Below are positions 47,844-57,658 of a DNA stretch of 58,799 bases, in pieces. Position 1 is the stretch's first letter, and every line of letters starts with the position of its first letter. A model generated the notes under the pieces. That model did no database searches, was not told the DNA's origin, and worked only from the letters and a program-made list of their open reading frames with translations. Both the position numbers and the translations under genes were made by a program. The stretch spans positions 1 to 58,799 of the forward strand of contig JANRLX010000045.1 of NCBI GenBank assembly GCA_033762115.1, given 5' to 3'. This DNA comes from Verrucomicrobiota bacterium. Its GTDB lineage: Bacteria > Verrucomicrobiota > Verrucomicrobiia > Limisphaerales > SXQI01.

Positions 47844-49295
47844 ATGCATTCCGCAATTTGGTCAATCACTCAACAGTTGGTCCGTCAGGGACTGGCTGCT
47901 GCTTTTATGGTCGTGATTGCCAAGCGATTGGCACCCGCGGAATTCGGGGTATTGAGCATTGCAACCATCTGGACCGCATTTCTGGGATTGTTCCTGGATC
48001 TCGGCTTTGCCTCGGCATTGGTGCAGCGAAAGGAAATAACCACAACGCACATGGCGTCGGTCCTGGCAGTCAACGTCGCCAGCGGCACGATTCTAACATT
48101 ACTAAGCATCGGCGCGTCATGGCCGGTCAGCTGGTTGATGAATGCCCCATCGGCGCAACCGGTGATTGCAGTGCTTTCCCTGGGATTTCTTGTCACAGCC
48201 ATGGGATCAGTGCAAAATGCCCTGGCGCAGCGCGAACTAAGATTCAAAGCATTGGCGTATCGTGATTTCACCGCGAGTTCCATTTCGGCAGTTGTCGGAA
48301 TTATCATGGCTGTTCAAGGGTTCGGTGTGTGGAGTCTGGTCGCGAACAGCATGTTGGGAAATTTTCTTGGAACACTTTTGATCTGGCGATTGTCCCCTCA
48401 TCGATTTTCCATTCTGCAAGCCAGCCTGGCCAGTGCAAAAGAGCTATGGATTTTCGGATCACGGATGCTGGGCTACAGCGTCTTGAAACATATCACCCGA
48501 AATACAGACTCAATCGTGATTGGAATGCTATTTGGCCCTGAAAAACTGGGGCTTTACTCGTTCGCACAACGAGTCACATTTAGTCCCCTGAAAGGAATTC
48601 AAGCAGGGCTGGGTAGTTTTCTTTTCCCCAAGGCTGCCAAAATTCAGGATGATCCTTCCAGGCTGGCTGATCTTTACGTTCTTTCCTTCAAGCTCCTCAA
48701 TTATTTGCTTATCCCCATCGCGATCGGACTGCTCACGATTGGTTCACGACTTATCCCACAGGTCTTTGGAAAACAGTGGGAAGCAGCAATGCCGATTATC
48801 GCTCTGCTGTCCGGCATCTTGTTCATGCAGGCAGCCTGCATTCCTTTGGGTGAGCTCATGAAGGCGACCAACCGCCCCGAATGGCTTTTTCGATGGACAA
48901 TATTCCTGACTATTTTAACGACTTCAGCGTTGTTTTTAGGGAGTTATTTTGGGTTTGAAGGGACGATCCTCGCATTTTCCAGCAGCTACATACTGACAGC
49001 GCCTGTCGTCGCCTGGATAGCAAATCAAATAACGCGGTTGCGCTGGAGTGATTTCCTGGTTCGCACCCAGTTTCATTTCATGTGGGCCCTCATCACATCG
49101 CTTGCGACCGCTGTTGTGTGGTTTTACTCTTCAGGAAATTTCCTGGCGGCGTCGCTTGCGGTAAGCGCAATATTGATCGTCGCCGCATTTATCGCTTATC
49201 AGTTTGATCCTGATTTGCGAAAGATTGCCGCATTATTGCCGTTCAAATCTCCTGTCATGAAAATGATGCGCAGAGTCGCTCCTGGCTTTAAATAA
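47844..49295 (+). CDS. Wzx-type polysaccharide flippase
   Basis: RLAPAEFG, DLGFASALVQ, RELRFK, GFGVWSLV, LGLYSFA; many TM helices. Confidence 0.9.
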   Translation: MHSAIWSITQQLVRQGLAAAFMVVIAKRLAPAEFGVLSIATIWTAFLGLFLDLGFASALVQRKEITTTHMASVLAVNVASGTILTLLSIGASWPVSWLMNAPSAQPVIAVLSLGFLVTAMGSVQNALAQRELRFKALAYRDFTASSISAVVGIIMAVQGFGVWSLVANSMLGNFLGTLLIWRLSPHRFSILQASLASAKELWIFGSRMLGYSVLKHITRNTDSIVIGMLFGPEKLGLYSFAQRVTFSPLKGIQAGLGSFLFPKAAKIQDDPSRLADLYVLSFKLLNYLLIPIAIGLLTIGSRLIPQVFGKQWEAAMPIIALLSGILFMQAACIPLGELMKATNRPEWLFRWTIFLTILTTSALFLGSYFGFEGTILAFSSSYILTAPVVAWIANQITRLRWSDFLVRTQFHFMWALITSLATAVVWFYSSGNFLAASLAVSAILIVAAFIAYQFDPDLRKIAALLPFKSPVMKMMRRVAPGFK

Positions 49296-49302
49296 TTTTT
49301 GA

Positions 49303-50241
49303 GTGTTGAAGCGTATTTATAATAAATTACGAGGTGAGAGCCTGAAGTTCGCTCGTTCCGCGAGTCGGAAATGGTCATCGCTGGCGATTGAACCAAAGGT
49401 GGCTTCGAGTATCCAACTGGAGCAAGTGCTCCTGAATACACTGCTTTCGGAGAAAGGAAAAAAGGGGGAACCAATCGACATTTCTGATTACGGATTTCGC
49501 GTTTATTCTCAAACAGAGGAAGATGGAATCATCCTGGCAATTTTCTCCCAGATTGGCACGACCACCCGAAAATGTGTGGAAATAGGTGCTGGAATGGCAC
49601 CTTACTCTGAAGTTGAGTGTAATACCGCGAATTTACTTATTCATCATGGATGGGAAGGGTTGATCATCGATGGTGATCCTAAAAACATTCATCGAATTCA
49701 ACAGTTTTTTAAAACCCATGCAAACACCTGGCATGCAACCCCGAAAACCATCGCTTCATTCGTTCACGGCGAGAATATCAATGATCTCCTAAACAAACAT
49801 GATTTCAACTCGGAGCTGGACCTTCTTTCCCTGGACATTGATGGGGTCGACTGGTGGGTGTTCAAGGCATTGCAGGTTACCAAACCAAGAGTGTTAATCT
49901 TGGAAATTAATGATGTGCTTCCCTACCCTTCAACATTGACGATTCCATATAGCGCCAGTTTTAATCATCGTGAACACAATCCACCCGGCTTGGATGCGCA
50001 TTATTTTGGAGCTTCTTTAGGCGCTTTTAAAGTATTGGCCCAGGAAAAAGGTTATCGCCTCCTTGGAATCAATCGCAGCGCTTCAAACGCGTTTTTTTTA
50101 AGGAATGATATTGTTGCTCCCACATTGCCGACCCGGTTACCCGAGGAATGTCCGATCCATCAGCGGACACGGCAACGGCGGGCGCAATTCCATGATAAAA
50201 TTTCTAAAATGTCGTGGGTCGATGTCCTGACTGTTTTATAG
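49303..50241 (+). CDS. Putative SAM-dependent methyltransferase-like protein
   Basis: YSQTEEDGII, VEIGAG, DLLSLDIDG, GASL.A motifs typical of FkbM-like hypotheticals in glycan loci. Confidence 0.6.
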   Translation: MLKRIYNKLRGESLKFARSASRKWSSLAIEPKVASSIQLEQVLLNTLLSEKGKKGEPIDISDYGFRVYSQTEEDGIILAIFSQIGTTTRKCVEIGAGMAPYSEVECNTANLLIHHGWEGLIIDGDPKNIHRIQQFFKTHANTWHATPKTIASFVHGENINDLLNKHDFNSELDLLSLDIDGVDWWVFKALQVTKPRVLILEINDVLPYPSTLTIPYSASFNHREHNPPGLDAHYFGASLGAFKVLAQEKGYRLLGINRSASNAFFLRNDIVAPTLPTRLPEECPIHQRTRQRRAQFHDKISKMSWVDVLTVL

Positions 50242-50242
50242 T

Positions 50243-51043
50243 ATGCTTGGCCAATTGTGGAAACTCATCACGCGACCCGGCAAATATCTGCCGATTGCGA
50301 TTCGCGATGCCCAGGAAAGGTTTGCTCCACGAATGGTGAACTCAGCTTTTTTTCTTCAAGGGCAAATGGATATCAATCCGCGTTGCAAGTGGCACAGGCC
50401 GGATTTTATCAAGCAAACGGGAGGCTATTTCGTTCCCGGTGATCCCATTAAAAGAGAAATAGCGCCATTTTATCCCTGGGACCTTGTCCGGCGAGATATG
50501 TTAATTCTCCTGATGCGAAGCTTAAATGAGCGGAGGATTGAAGGAGAAATGGCTGAACTGGGAACATGGCAGGGTATTTCAGCAAAGGTGTTTCATTATT
50601 ATATGCCGGATCGCCCCCTGCACTTATTTGATACTTTTGCGGGATTTGATGAACGAGACATTCATTCAGAGGCACAAAAAACCGGGTTGAAAGCTTCCAC
50701 AAAAGAGTTCAGCGATACCAGCGTGGAAGGAGTCCTTAATTACATTAAACCTCAAAACGGGAACGTTCATATTCATCAGGGATTTTTTCCAGCCAGTGTG
50801 CCAAAAGATTTTGGCATGAAAAAATTTGCCCTCGTTCATTTGGATGCAGATTTATATGATCCGATTCTGGCGGGGCTGGAGTATTTTTATCCTCGAATGA
50901 CACAGGGAGGATTCATCATCGTGCATGATTACAACGCGTGGCCGGGAGCTCGTCACGCGGCGGAAGATTTTCTTAAAGGAAAAGCGGAGGTTGGAGTACC
51001 GATGCCGGACAAAAGCGGATCAATGGTGATTACAAAATTGTAA
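50243..51043 (+). CDS. TylF/MycF/NovP-family O-methyltransferase
   Basis: AELGTWQG, LFDTFAGF, GFFP, VHLDADLY, GGFIIVHDY. Confidence 0.88.
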   Translation: MLGQLWKLITRPGKYLPIAIRDAQERFAPRMVNSAFFLQGQMDINPRCKWHRPDFIKQTGGYFVPGDPIKREIAPFYPWDLVRRDMLILLMRSLNERRIEGEMAELGTWQGISAKVFHYYMPDRPLHLFDTFAGFDERDIHSEAQKTGLKASTKEFSDTSVEGVLNYIKPQNGNVHIHQGFFPASVPKDFGMKKFALVHLDADLYDPILAGLEYFYPRMTQGGFIIVHDYNAWPGARHAAEDFLKGKAEVGVPMPDKSGSMVITKL

Positions 51044-51046
51044 TAC

Positions 51047-51934
51047 ATGCGAACGTTACTCCATAAAGCCCATCACTTATTGCTTGCAGCCCAAGTTCCA
51101 AAATTGCCGACTCTTTGTAAACGGCTGAACTGTATGCTTCTGCCCCCTGCAACTGGACCTGTTTTTGTTACTACGAATTATGGGGTGGAGATTAAAGTAG
51201 ATCCCACTTTTGATAAAGGATTGGAACGAGAAATTTATTATACGGGCAACTATGAAGTCGGTACTTTGTCTGTCTTCAGGGCAGTACTTCGGCCCGGTGA
51301 CGTGTTCATTGATATCGGAGCGAATATTGGATTAATGACGTTGACCGGAGCCAGGGCTGTGGGACCTAAAGGACAGGTTTTTGCCTTCGAGGCAAATCCC
51401 ACAACATTTCATATTCTCCAGGAAAACATTCAAAAAAATAAACTGATAAACATACGTTCCATGTGCGTGGGCCTTGGAGAAACACCTTCAAGTATGAAGT
51501 TGTATGTGAATACGTCCATATCTCGCGGGAGCGCATCGCTTCTCAGTGGCGAGGAGGGAAGCAAGGAGGTTGTTGTCGATGTAATCACTCTGGATGATTA
51601 TTTTCAATCGAATCCAGTTGGCTCCCCACGCCTGATTAAAATTGATGTGGAAGGTTTTGAAATTCCAGTGATGAAAGGCGGAACCAGATTGTTTCACGAT
51701 AATCCACAATTCATGGTTTGTTTTGAGTATGATGGGCGCAAAGCAGGTGAGGCAGAGAGAACTTTTTTCAATGAGCAGTTCAAGGACTGGAATATTTATC
51801 GATTACGAAAGGGCAAGTCTCGGATTTCCAAGTTAGCATCTGCTCCTCCTTTAAAAGAAATGCGCTTTGCTGATAATCTTTTTGCAATTCCCAAAGCTGC
51901 GCAGAGCAGTTTTCCTGCAGCTATTTTTGAGTGA
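51047..51934 (+). CDS. FkbM-family methyltransferase
   Basis: IDIGANIG, AFEAN, TLDDY, IKIDVEGFE. Confidence 0.9.
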   Translation: MRTLLHKAHHLLLAAQVPKLPTLCKRLNCMLLPPATGPVFVTTNYGVEIKVDPTFDKGLEREIYYTGNYEVGTLSVFRAVLRPGDVFIDIGANIGLMTLTGARAVGPKGQVFAFEANPTTFHILQENIQKNKLINIRSMCVGLGETPSSMKLYVNTSISRGSASLLSGEEGSKEVVVDVITLDDYFQSNPVGSPRLIKIDVEGFEIPVMKGGTRLFHDNPQFMVCFEYDGRKAGEAERTFFNEQFKDWNIYRLRKGKSRISKLASAPPLKEMRFADNLFAIPKAAQSSFPAAIFE

Positions 51935-53058
51935 ATACCTCCACCCTCTATTCTGCTCAGCGGATTCTGATTTCAGCACAGATGGGAATTGGAAACATGG
52001 TACTTTTTTTGCCTTTTCTTAAAGCGCTTCGCCTTGGGTACCCTGGCGCTCATATCGCGGGGCTGTTTTCTTCTTCAAATGGAGCTGACCTGCTTTTGAA
52101 AAGCGTGGATCAGTTGGTCAACGAAGTGATTGTTTTGAATTTGAAGGGACGCAGCCGGTTTTCCAGACTACTGGCTGGGATCAAGGCAGGCCTTAAAGGC
52201 TGGGACATGACGATCATCCGGTTTAATGGCGTAAAAGCTGAAGTTCTTCTGGCGGGTTTGGTGGGCCGTTCCAGATGGCGGGTAGGCCATTGCACTACAG
52301 AGGAATATCGCAATCGCTGGAACAACTTTCTTAATATAAAAATCGAAATGGACCCTGGAACTCACGAAGTTGATCGCTATCTAGGTCTTGCGCGAGGATT
52401 GAAATTGGAAGTGCCTGGGCGCCTGCCATTCTTTCAATTATCTGAAATCACCCGCCAGCACGTTCGAAGTATCCTTTCTCAAGCTGGCTTAAATATCCAT
52501 CAGTTTGTTGCCCTGGTCCCGGGATCAAGCGGAGCGCAGACATGGAAACGATGGCCTCAATCACACTGGGTTGAACTTGTTCGCCTGTTGGAAAAACAGG
52601 GAATTCACAATGTGCTGATTGGTTCGGCAGAGGAAACCAGCCTCTGCAAGCAAATTTTAAGCGACGCCGGTGGCCCGAAATCTTCCGCCGTGCTTGCCGG
52701 GCGTCTTAATTTAATTGAGTCCATTGCCTTGTGTGAAGCAGCCAAAACTGTGATCTGCTGTGATAGCGGCCTGATGCACCTTTCAGCAGCAGTGAATACT
52801 CCTGTTGTCAGTCTCTTTGGCCCCACAGATGAAACCAGGACCGGTCCATTGGGCAACGGGCATATCATTCTCCGTGCCGGATCATGTCATGGCAGGTGCT
52901 TTAGCCTGGCGGACCCCATGGGACACACAAAGTGCAATCCGGAACAATGCATGAACGCAATTGAGCCAAGCAAGGTCTGCGAAGCAACACTCAAGCAATT
53001 AGGAACTCCCCATTTCCAGTCGCACGAGGTAGTCCGATTCAAATTAAATGATTTATGA
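51931..53058 (+). CDS. Glycosyltransferase family 9
   Basis: GIGNMV, KRWP, DSGLMHLSAAV..P.VSLFGPT, CM..I. Confidence 0.88.
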   Translation: MNTSTLYSAQRILISAQMGIGNMVLFLPFLKALRLGYPGAHIAGLFSSSNGADLLLKSVDQLVNEVIVLNLKGRSRFSRLLAGIKAGLKGWDMTIIRFNGVKAEVLLAGLVGRSRWRVGHCTTEEYRNRWNNFLNIKIEMDPGTHEVDRYLGLARGLKLEVPGRLPFFQLSEITRQHVRSILSQAGLNIHQFVALVPGSSGAQTWKRWPQSHWVELVRLLEKQGIHNVLIGSAEETSLCKQILSDAGGPKSSAVLAGRLNLIESIALCEAAKTVICCDSGLMHLSAAVNTPVVSLFGPTDETRTGPLGNGHIILRAGSCHGRCFSLADPMGHTKCNPEQCMNAIEPSKVCEATLKQLGTPHFQSHEVVRFKLNDL

Positions 53059-54107
53059 CACGACAATTGATTATTGAGCATAAAGAAATTAATGACCATA
53101 GCGATTGCTATGTGATTGCTGAAATAGGACACAATCACATGGGCAAATTGGAAGTTGCCAAGGAACTTTTCAAGACAGCCAAGGATTGTGGCGTCGATGC
53201 AGTCAAACTGCAAAAGCGTGATAATAAAGGAATTTATACCAAAGCCCTTTATAATCAAATTTACGATAATCCTAATAGCTATGGCGATACCTATGGCGCG
53301 CATCGTGAAGCGCTCGAGTTTGGCTACGCTGAGTACAAGGAACTTCAAACGCTTGCCAAAGATTTGGGGCTCGCATTTTTCTCAACCGCTTTCGACTTCA
53401 AGAGCGCTGATTTTCTGGCTGAACTGGATCTGCCTGCTTTCAAAATTGCATCAGGAGATCTCAAGAACCTGCCGCTCTTGAAATATGTCGCCAAATTCAA
53501 GAAGCCCATGATCATCAGCACCGGCGGCGCGCAATTTGAAGATATCAAACGGGCGTACTATGAAGTCATGGCGATTAATCCTCAGCTTGCGATTCTTCAA
53601 TGCACTGCTGCATATCCCTGTCAGTTCGACGAGTTGAACCTTCGTGTCATTACAAATTTCCGCGAACAATTTCCTGGCAGCGTTATTGGCTTGTCCGACC
53701 ATGACAATGGCATCGCAATGTCAGTTGCCGCCTATGTCCTCGGCGCCCGGATTGTGGAGAAACACTTCACCTTGAATCGCGCCAACAAGGGAACTGACCA
53801 TGCATTCTCACTGGAACCGATTGGGATGAAAAAAATGGTCCGTGACCTTCGCCGCACCCGTTTGGCTCTTGGTGATGGAATCAAGAGAACGTATCCGAGC
53901 GAGGTGAAACCGCTCATGAAAATGGCGAAAAGCATCAAGGCCGCACGTGATTTGCAGGAAGGCCATCTGCTTGCAGCGGACGATCTCGCGTTCAAGTCAC
54001 CTGGAGACGGGCTTCCCCCGGCTGATATTGATAGAGTCATTGGCAAACGTTTGGTTAAGTCCTTGAAGGAAGATGATTCCGTTTTGATTGAACATCTCGC
54101 CCCATGA
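53055..54107 (+). CDS. NeuB-family nonulosonate (Neu5Ac/KDN-type) synthase with C-terminal SAF/AFP domain
   Basis: IAEIGHNH.G, AVKLQK, KIASGD, CTAAYP, GLSDH, EKHFTL, DHAFSLEP. Confidence 0.93.
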   Translation: MTRQLIIEHKEINDHSDCYVIAEIGHNHMGKLEVAKELFKTAKDCGVDAVKLQKRDNKGIYTKALYNQIYDNPNSYGDTYGAHREALEFGYAEYKELQTLAKDLGLAFFSTAFDFKSADFLAELDLPAFKIASGDLKNLPLLKYVAKFKKPMIISTGGAQFEDIKRAYYEVMAINPQLAILQCTAAYPCQFDELNLRVITNFREQFPGSVIGLSDHDNGIAMSVAAYVLGARIVEKHFTLNRANKGTDHAFSLEPIGMKKMVRDLRRTRLALGDGIKRTYPSEVKPLMKMAKSIKAARDLQEGHLLAADDLAFKSPGDGLPPADIDRVIGKRLVKSLKEDDSVLIEHLAP

Positions 54108-54610
54108 TTGACCCTTCACTCCAACTGCTCATCTTGAAGCTTCGGCTGATCGTTTTTGACTTTGACGGAGTGTTCACAGACAACTCTGTTTATGTGTCGC
54201 AGGATGGAGTCGAAATGGTTCGTTGCTGGCGAAGCGATGGCCTGGGCCTCCGCCTGTTGGATGAAGTCGGGGTTCGTTACATGGTCATTTCAACCGAGGC
54301 AAACCCTGTCGTTACCTTGAGATGCAAGAAGTTGAAAATTCGCTGTGTGCAAGGTTGCGAGGATAAAGTCAGCGCTCTGGAGCAGTTGTTAAAAACAGAA
54401 AATATTTCGTGGGAGCAAACCGGTTACCTTGGAAACGACATAAATGATAAAGGTTGTCTCGAACGGGTCACGCTACCTATGGTTGTGCAGGACGCTTATG
54501 ATGCTGTGATCCCGTTAGGTAAATTGCGAACAACTGCTCGAGGAGGGTACGGGGCTGTTCGGGAGGTCTGCGATCTGGTGCATAAAGTGAAAATGGAGCG
54601 CCCGCAATGA
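54104..54610 (+). CDS. KdsC/KDN-9-P-phosphatase-like C0 HAD phosphatase
   Basis: FDFDGVFTD, DGLG, GNDIND, GGYGAVRE. Confidence 0.9.
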   Translation: MIDPSLQLLILKLRLIVFDFDGVFTDNSVYVSQDGVEMVRCWRSDGLGLRLLDEVGVRYMVISTEANPVVTLRCKKLKIRCVQGCEDKVSALEQLLKTENISWEQTGYLGNDINDKGCLERVTLPMVVQDAYDAVIPLGKLRTTARGGYGAVREVCDLVHKVKMERPQ

Positions 54611-55416
54611 GGGATTTATTTGATGTCTCAGGCAAGGTTTGTCTTGTGACCGGTGGCATGGGGCAGTTGGGACGGCAGTATTCACTTGCTTTCGCTGAAC
54701 GTGGAGCGCGTGTCGTCGTTCTTGATCAAAAGATTCATCAACCAGACCAGGAACGAAAATTCGGTGCACTCTCAAAACGGATGCTTTTTCTGGAAACCGA
54801 TGTCACTGAACGATCTTCCCTTGAAACTGCATTAGCGAGTATTCGTGAAACCTGGGGAGAGCCAGAAGTGCTGATCAACAATGCCGCTTTGGATTCTCCG
54901 CCCGGAGCGCCCGCCGAGGAGAATGGCCCTTTTGAAACCTATCCTGTTTCATCCTGGGAGAAGGTGATGAATGTGAATCTGAAAGGCGTCTTTCTTTGTT
55001 GCCAGGTTTTCGGGGGCGCAATGGCATCTGCCGGGAAAGGATCGATCATCAACATCAGTTCCATCTACGGGATTGTTTCACCTGATCAAAATATTTATGA
55101 GTATCGCCGAAAAGAGGGAAAAACATTTTTCAAACCGGTCGCCTACTCTGCCTCCAAATCTGGCATCCTGAATCTCACGCGTTATTTGGCCACTTACTGG
55201 GGAAAGCAGCGGGTGCGAGTGAACTCAGTCGTTTTAGCCGGTGTTTTTAACAATCAGGATCCCGAATTTCTTGAGGCATACTGCCCCAAAGTCCCCCTCG
55301 GCAGAATGGCCGATGAAACGGACTACAACGGGACGATGCTGTTCCTTGCATCCGATGCATCTTCTTACATGACCGGTTCAACACTGGTCGTGGATGGAGG
55401 GTTTACAGCCTGGTAA
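54607..55416 (+). CDS. SDR-family oxidoreductase
   Basis: TGGMGQLG, INNA, SSIYG, YSASK, DGGFTAW. Confidence 0.92.
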   Translation: MRDLFDVSGKVCLVTGGMGQLGRQYSLAFAERGARVVVLDQKIHQPDQERKFGALSKRMLFLETDVTERSSLETALASIRETWGEPEVLINNAALDSPPGAPAEENGPFETYPVSSWEKVMNVNLKGVFLCCQVFGGAMASAGKGSIINISSIYGIVSPDQNIYEYRRKEGKTFFKPVAYSASKSGILNLTRYLATYWGKQRVRVNSVVLAGVFNNQDPEFLEAYCPKVPLGRMADETDYNGTMLFLASDASSYMTGSTLVVDGGFTAW

Positions 55417-55422
55417 CTATTT

Positions 55423-56883
55423 ATGATTCCTTCGCTGATCCAAAACTGGATTGACAATAACGAAACCGAAGCCATTTCTGGAAAGTCTTTCGAAAAGCTC
55501 CGCCCCGACACTGGCAAAAAACTTTGCATGGTTGCTCGTTCAGGCGCTGCAGACATCCAAAAATCAATCAAGGCAGCGATTCAGGCGCAGGAACTTTGGA
55601 GCGAAACTCCTGCCGTCAAACGTGGTGAAATTTTGCATGAAATTGTGCTTCGGATGAAGCAGAGGCATGAAGAAATTGCGCAAATCGTCTCACTTGAAAC
55701 TGGCAAATCACTTAAAGACGCCAAAGGTGAAACGTCCGGAGCGATCCAACTGGGATTATTTTATGCCAGCGAAGGCCAGCGTCTTTATGGCCGGACAACA
55801 ACGAGTGGTGTCGCAAATAAATATGCAATGACCGTTCGCCAGCCGATCGGAATTGCGGGTCTGATCATTGCGGCAAATACACCCATTGCGAACGTTGCGT
55901 GGAAAGTTTTTCCCGCTTTGATTTGTGGGAACGCTGCAATACTGAAAGCCGCGGAGGACACTCCCGCAACTGCCTGGATCTTCGGACAGATTGCCCGGGA
56001 CGCCGGACTTCCCCCTGGCGTGCTCTCAATCATCCAGGGTTATGGTGAAGAGGCTGGAGCCGCATTGGTTCAGTCTCCGGAAATTGGCGTCATTAGTTTT
56101 ACCGGTTCAACGCAAGTTGGAAAAATAATCCAGCAGGAAGCAGGTAAAAGGCTCGCCCGCATCTCTTTGGAGCTTGGAGGCAAAAATCCTCTTATAGTCT
56201 GTGACGACGCTGACCTTGAAAACGCTGCCAAATGGACGCTTCTCTCGGCATTCAGCAATGCCGGGCAACGATGTGCCTCCGGAAGCCGGATCATAATTTT
56301 TGATTCTGTCTATGACGAATTTCGAGATTTGCTTTTGCAAAAGACGAGCACATTGAAATTAGGCACCACCGACAATGATGATTTCGGGCCGGTCATCAAC
56401 GAGGCGCAACTTAATAACATGCTGGCAGCGGTAAACCAGGCCGCACAGGATGGGGCTCGCGTCTTGACAGGGGGCCATCGACTGAACGACGAATTGCATC
56501 GAGAAGGATTTTACATGGCGCCAACTTTGATCGAGGGCGTTGGAGCAGATGCCCCAATTTCCTGTAATGAATTATTTGGCCCCATTGCAATTTTGTATCG
56601 GGTTAAAAATTTTCAGGAAGCCCTTCAATTGGCCAACAATTCTCCCTATGGCTTGACCGCCTGCATCCACACGAAAAATTTTCATCGTGCCATTCGCTTT
56701 TGTGACAAGGTGAAAGCTGGTGTTGCAGTGGTTAATGCCGGGACATTTGGAAGCGAGCCGCACATGCCCTTTGGCGGAGTAAAGCAATCAGGAAACGGGT
56801 CAAGAGAACCGGGAACTGAAGCTCTCAATATCTACTCCGAATTGAAAGACATCTATCTTAATGTGGATCCAGCCACTCTCTGA
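55423..56883 (+). CDS. Aldehyde dehydrogenase family protein
   Basis: FTGST, LELGGKN, GQRC, ELFGP, PFGG.K.SG. Confidence 0.93.
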   Translation: MIPSLIQNWIDNNETEAISGKSFEKLRPDTGKKLCMVARSGAADIQKSIKAAIQAQELWSETPAVKRGEILHEIVLRMKQRHEEIAQIVSLETGKSLKDAKGETSGAIQLGLFYASEGQRLYGRTTTSGVANKYAMTVRQPIGIAGLIIAANTPIANVAWKVFPALICGNAAILKAAEDTPATAWIFGQIARDAGLPPGVLSIIQGYGEEAGAALVQSPEIGVISFTGSTQVGKIIQQEAGKRLARISLELGGKNPLIVCDDADLENAAKWTLLSAFSNAGQRCASGSRIIIFDSVYDEFRDLLLQKTSTLKLGTTDNDDFGPVINEAQLNNMLAAVNQAAQDGARVLTGGHRLNDELHREGFYMAPTLIEGVGADAPISCNELFGPIAILYRVKNFQEALQLANNSPYGLTACIHTKNFHRAIRFCDKVKAGVAVVNAGTFGSEPHMPFGGVKQSGNGSREPGTEALNIYSELKDIYLNVDPATL

Positions 56884-57647
56884 TGAGCGCTGCACACCCT
56901 GAAATCATTGGATTGATTCCCGCGCGGGCTGGCTCCAAGCGTGTGCCCGGAAAGAACGTACGTCCACTCCATGGACATCCTTTGATCGCCTATACCATCA
57001 GCGCAGCGATAGACAGTGGCGTTTTTTCGCGCGTGATTGTATCCACAGATTCGGAAGAGATAGCTGCTTTATGTCAGCATTACGGAGCTGAAACACCATT
57101 TTTACGACCCGCAGAATTTGCCGGCGACAAATCACCTGATATTGAGTGGATTCAACATGCATTGATTACCCTGAAAAAAATGGGTTCTTCTGCTGAAGCT
57201 TTTTCAATTTTAAGACCAACCAGTCCTTTCCGTTTGCCTGCGACAATTCAACGCGCATGGAAACAGTTTCAGGAGATCACAGCAGATTCATTACGCGCTG
57301 TTGAATTGTGTCGGCAGCATCCGGGAAAAATGTGGATCATCGAAGGTTCTCTTATGAAACCGTTGCTTGATGATGGAGGGACCAACCCGCCATGGCACAG
57401 CACGCCGTACCAGGCACTCCCAACGGTCTATACTCAGAATGCCAGCCTCGAGATGGCATGGAGTCGAGTTCCCCTTGAAGAGGGCACGATTGCAGGCAGA
57501 AAAATTATTCCATTTTTGACTGAAGGATTTGAAGGATTTGATATCAATAAAGCTGATGATTGGTGGCTTGCTGAAACCATCCTGGATCGGAAGCTTGCCG
57601 ATCTGCCCATCGTTCGAAGACCAGCACGATTTTTTACGCAACCCTGA
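56883..57647 (+). CDS. Acylneuraminate cytidylyltransferase (NeuA-like CMP-ulosonate synthetase)
   Basis: IPARAGSKRVPGKN, VSTD, LRPTSPFR, DIN..DD. Confidence 0.92.
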   Translation: MSAAHPEIIGLIPARAGSKRVPGKNVRPLHGHPLIAYTISAAIDSGVFSRVIVSTDSEEIAALCQHYGAETPFLRPAEFAGDKSPDIEWIQHALITLKKMGSSAEAFSILRPTSPFRLPATIQRAWKQFQEITADSLRAVELCRQHPGKMWIIEGSLMKPLLDDGGTNPPWHSTPYQALPTVYTQNASLEMAWSRVPLEEGTIAGRKIIPFLTEGFEGFDINKADDWWLAETILDRKLADLPIVRRPARFFTQP

Positions 57648-57658
57648 TTTAATTCCCC

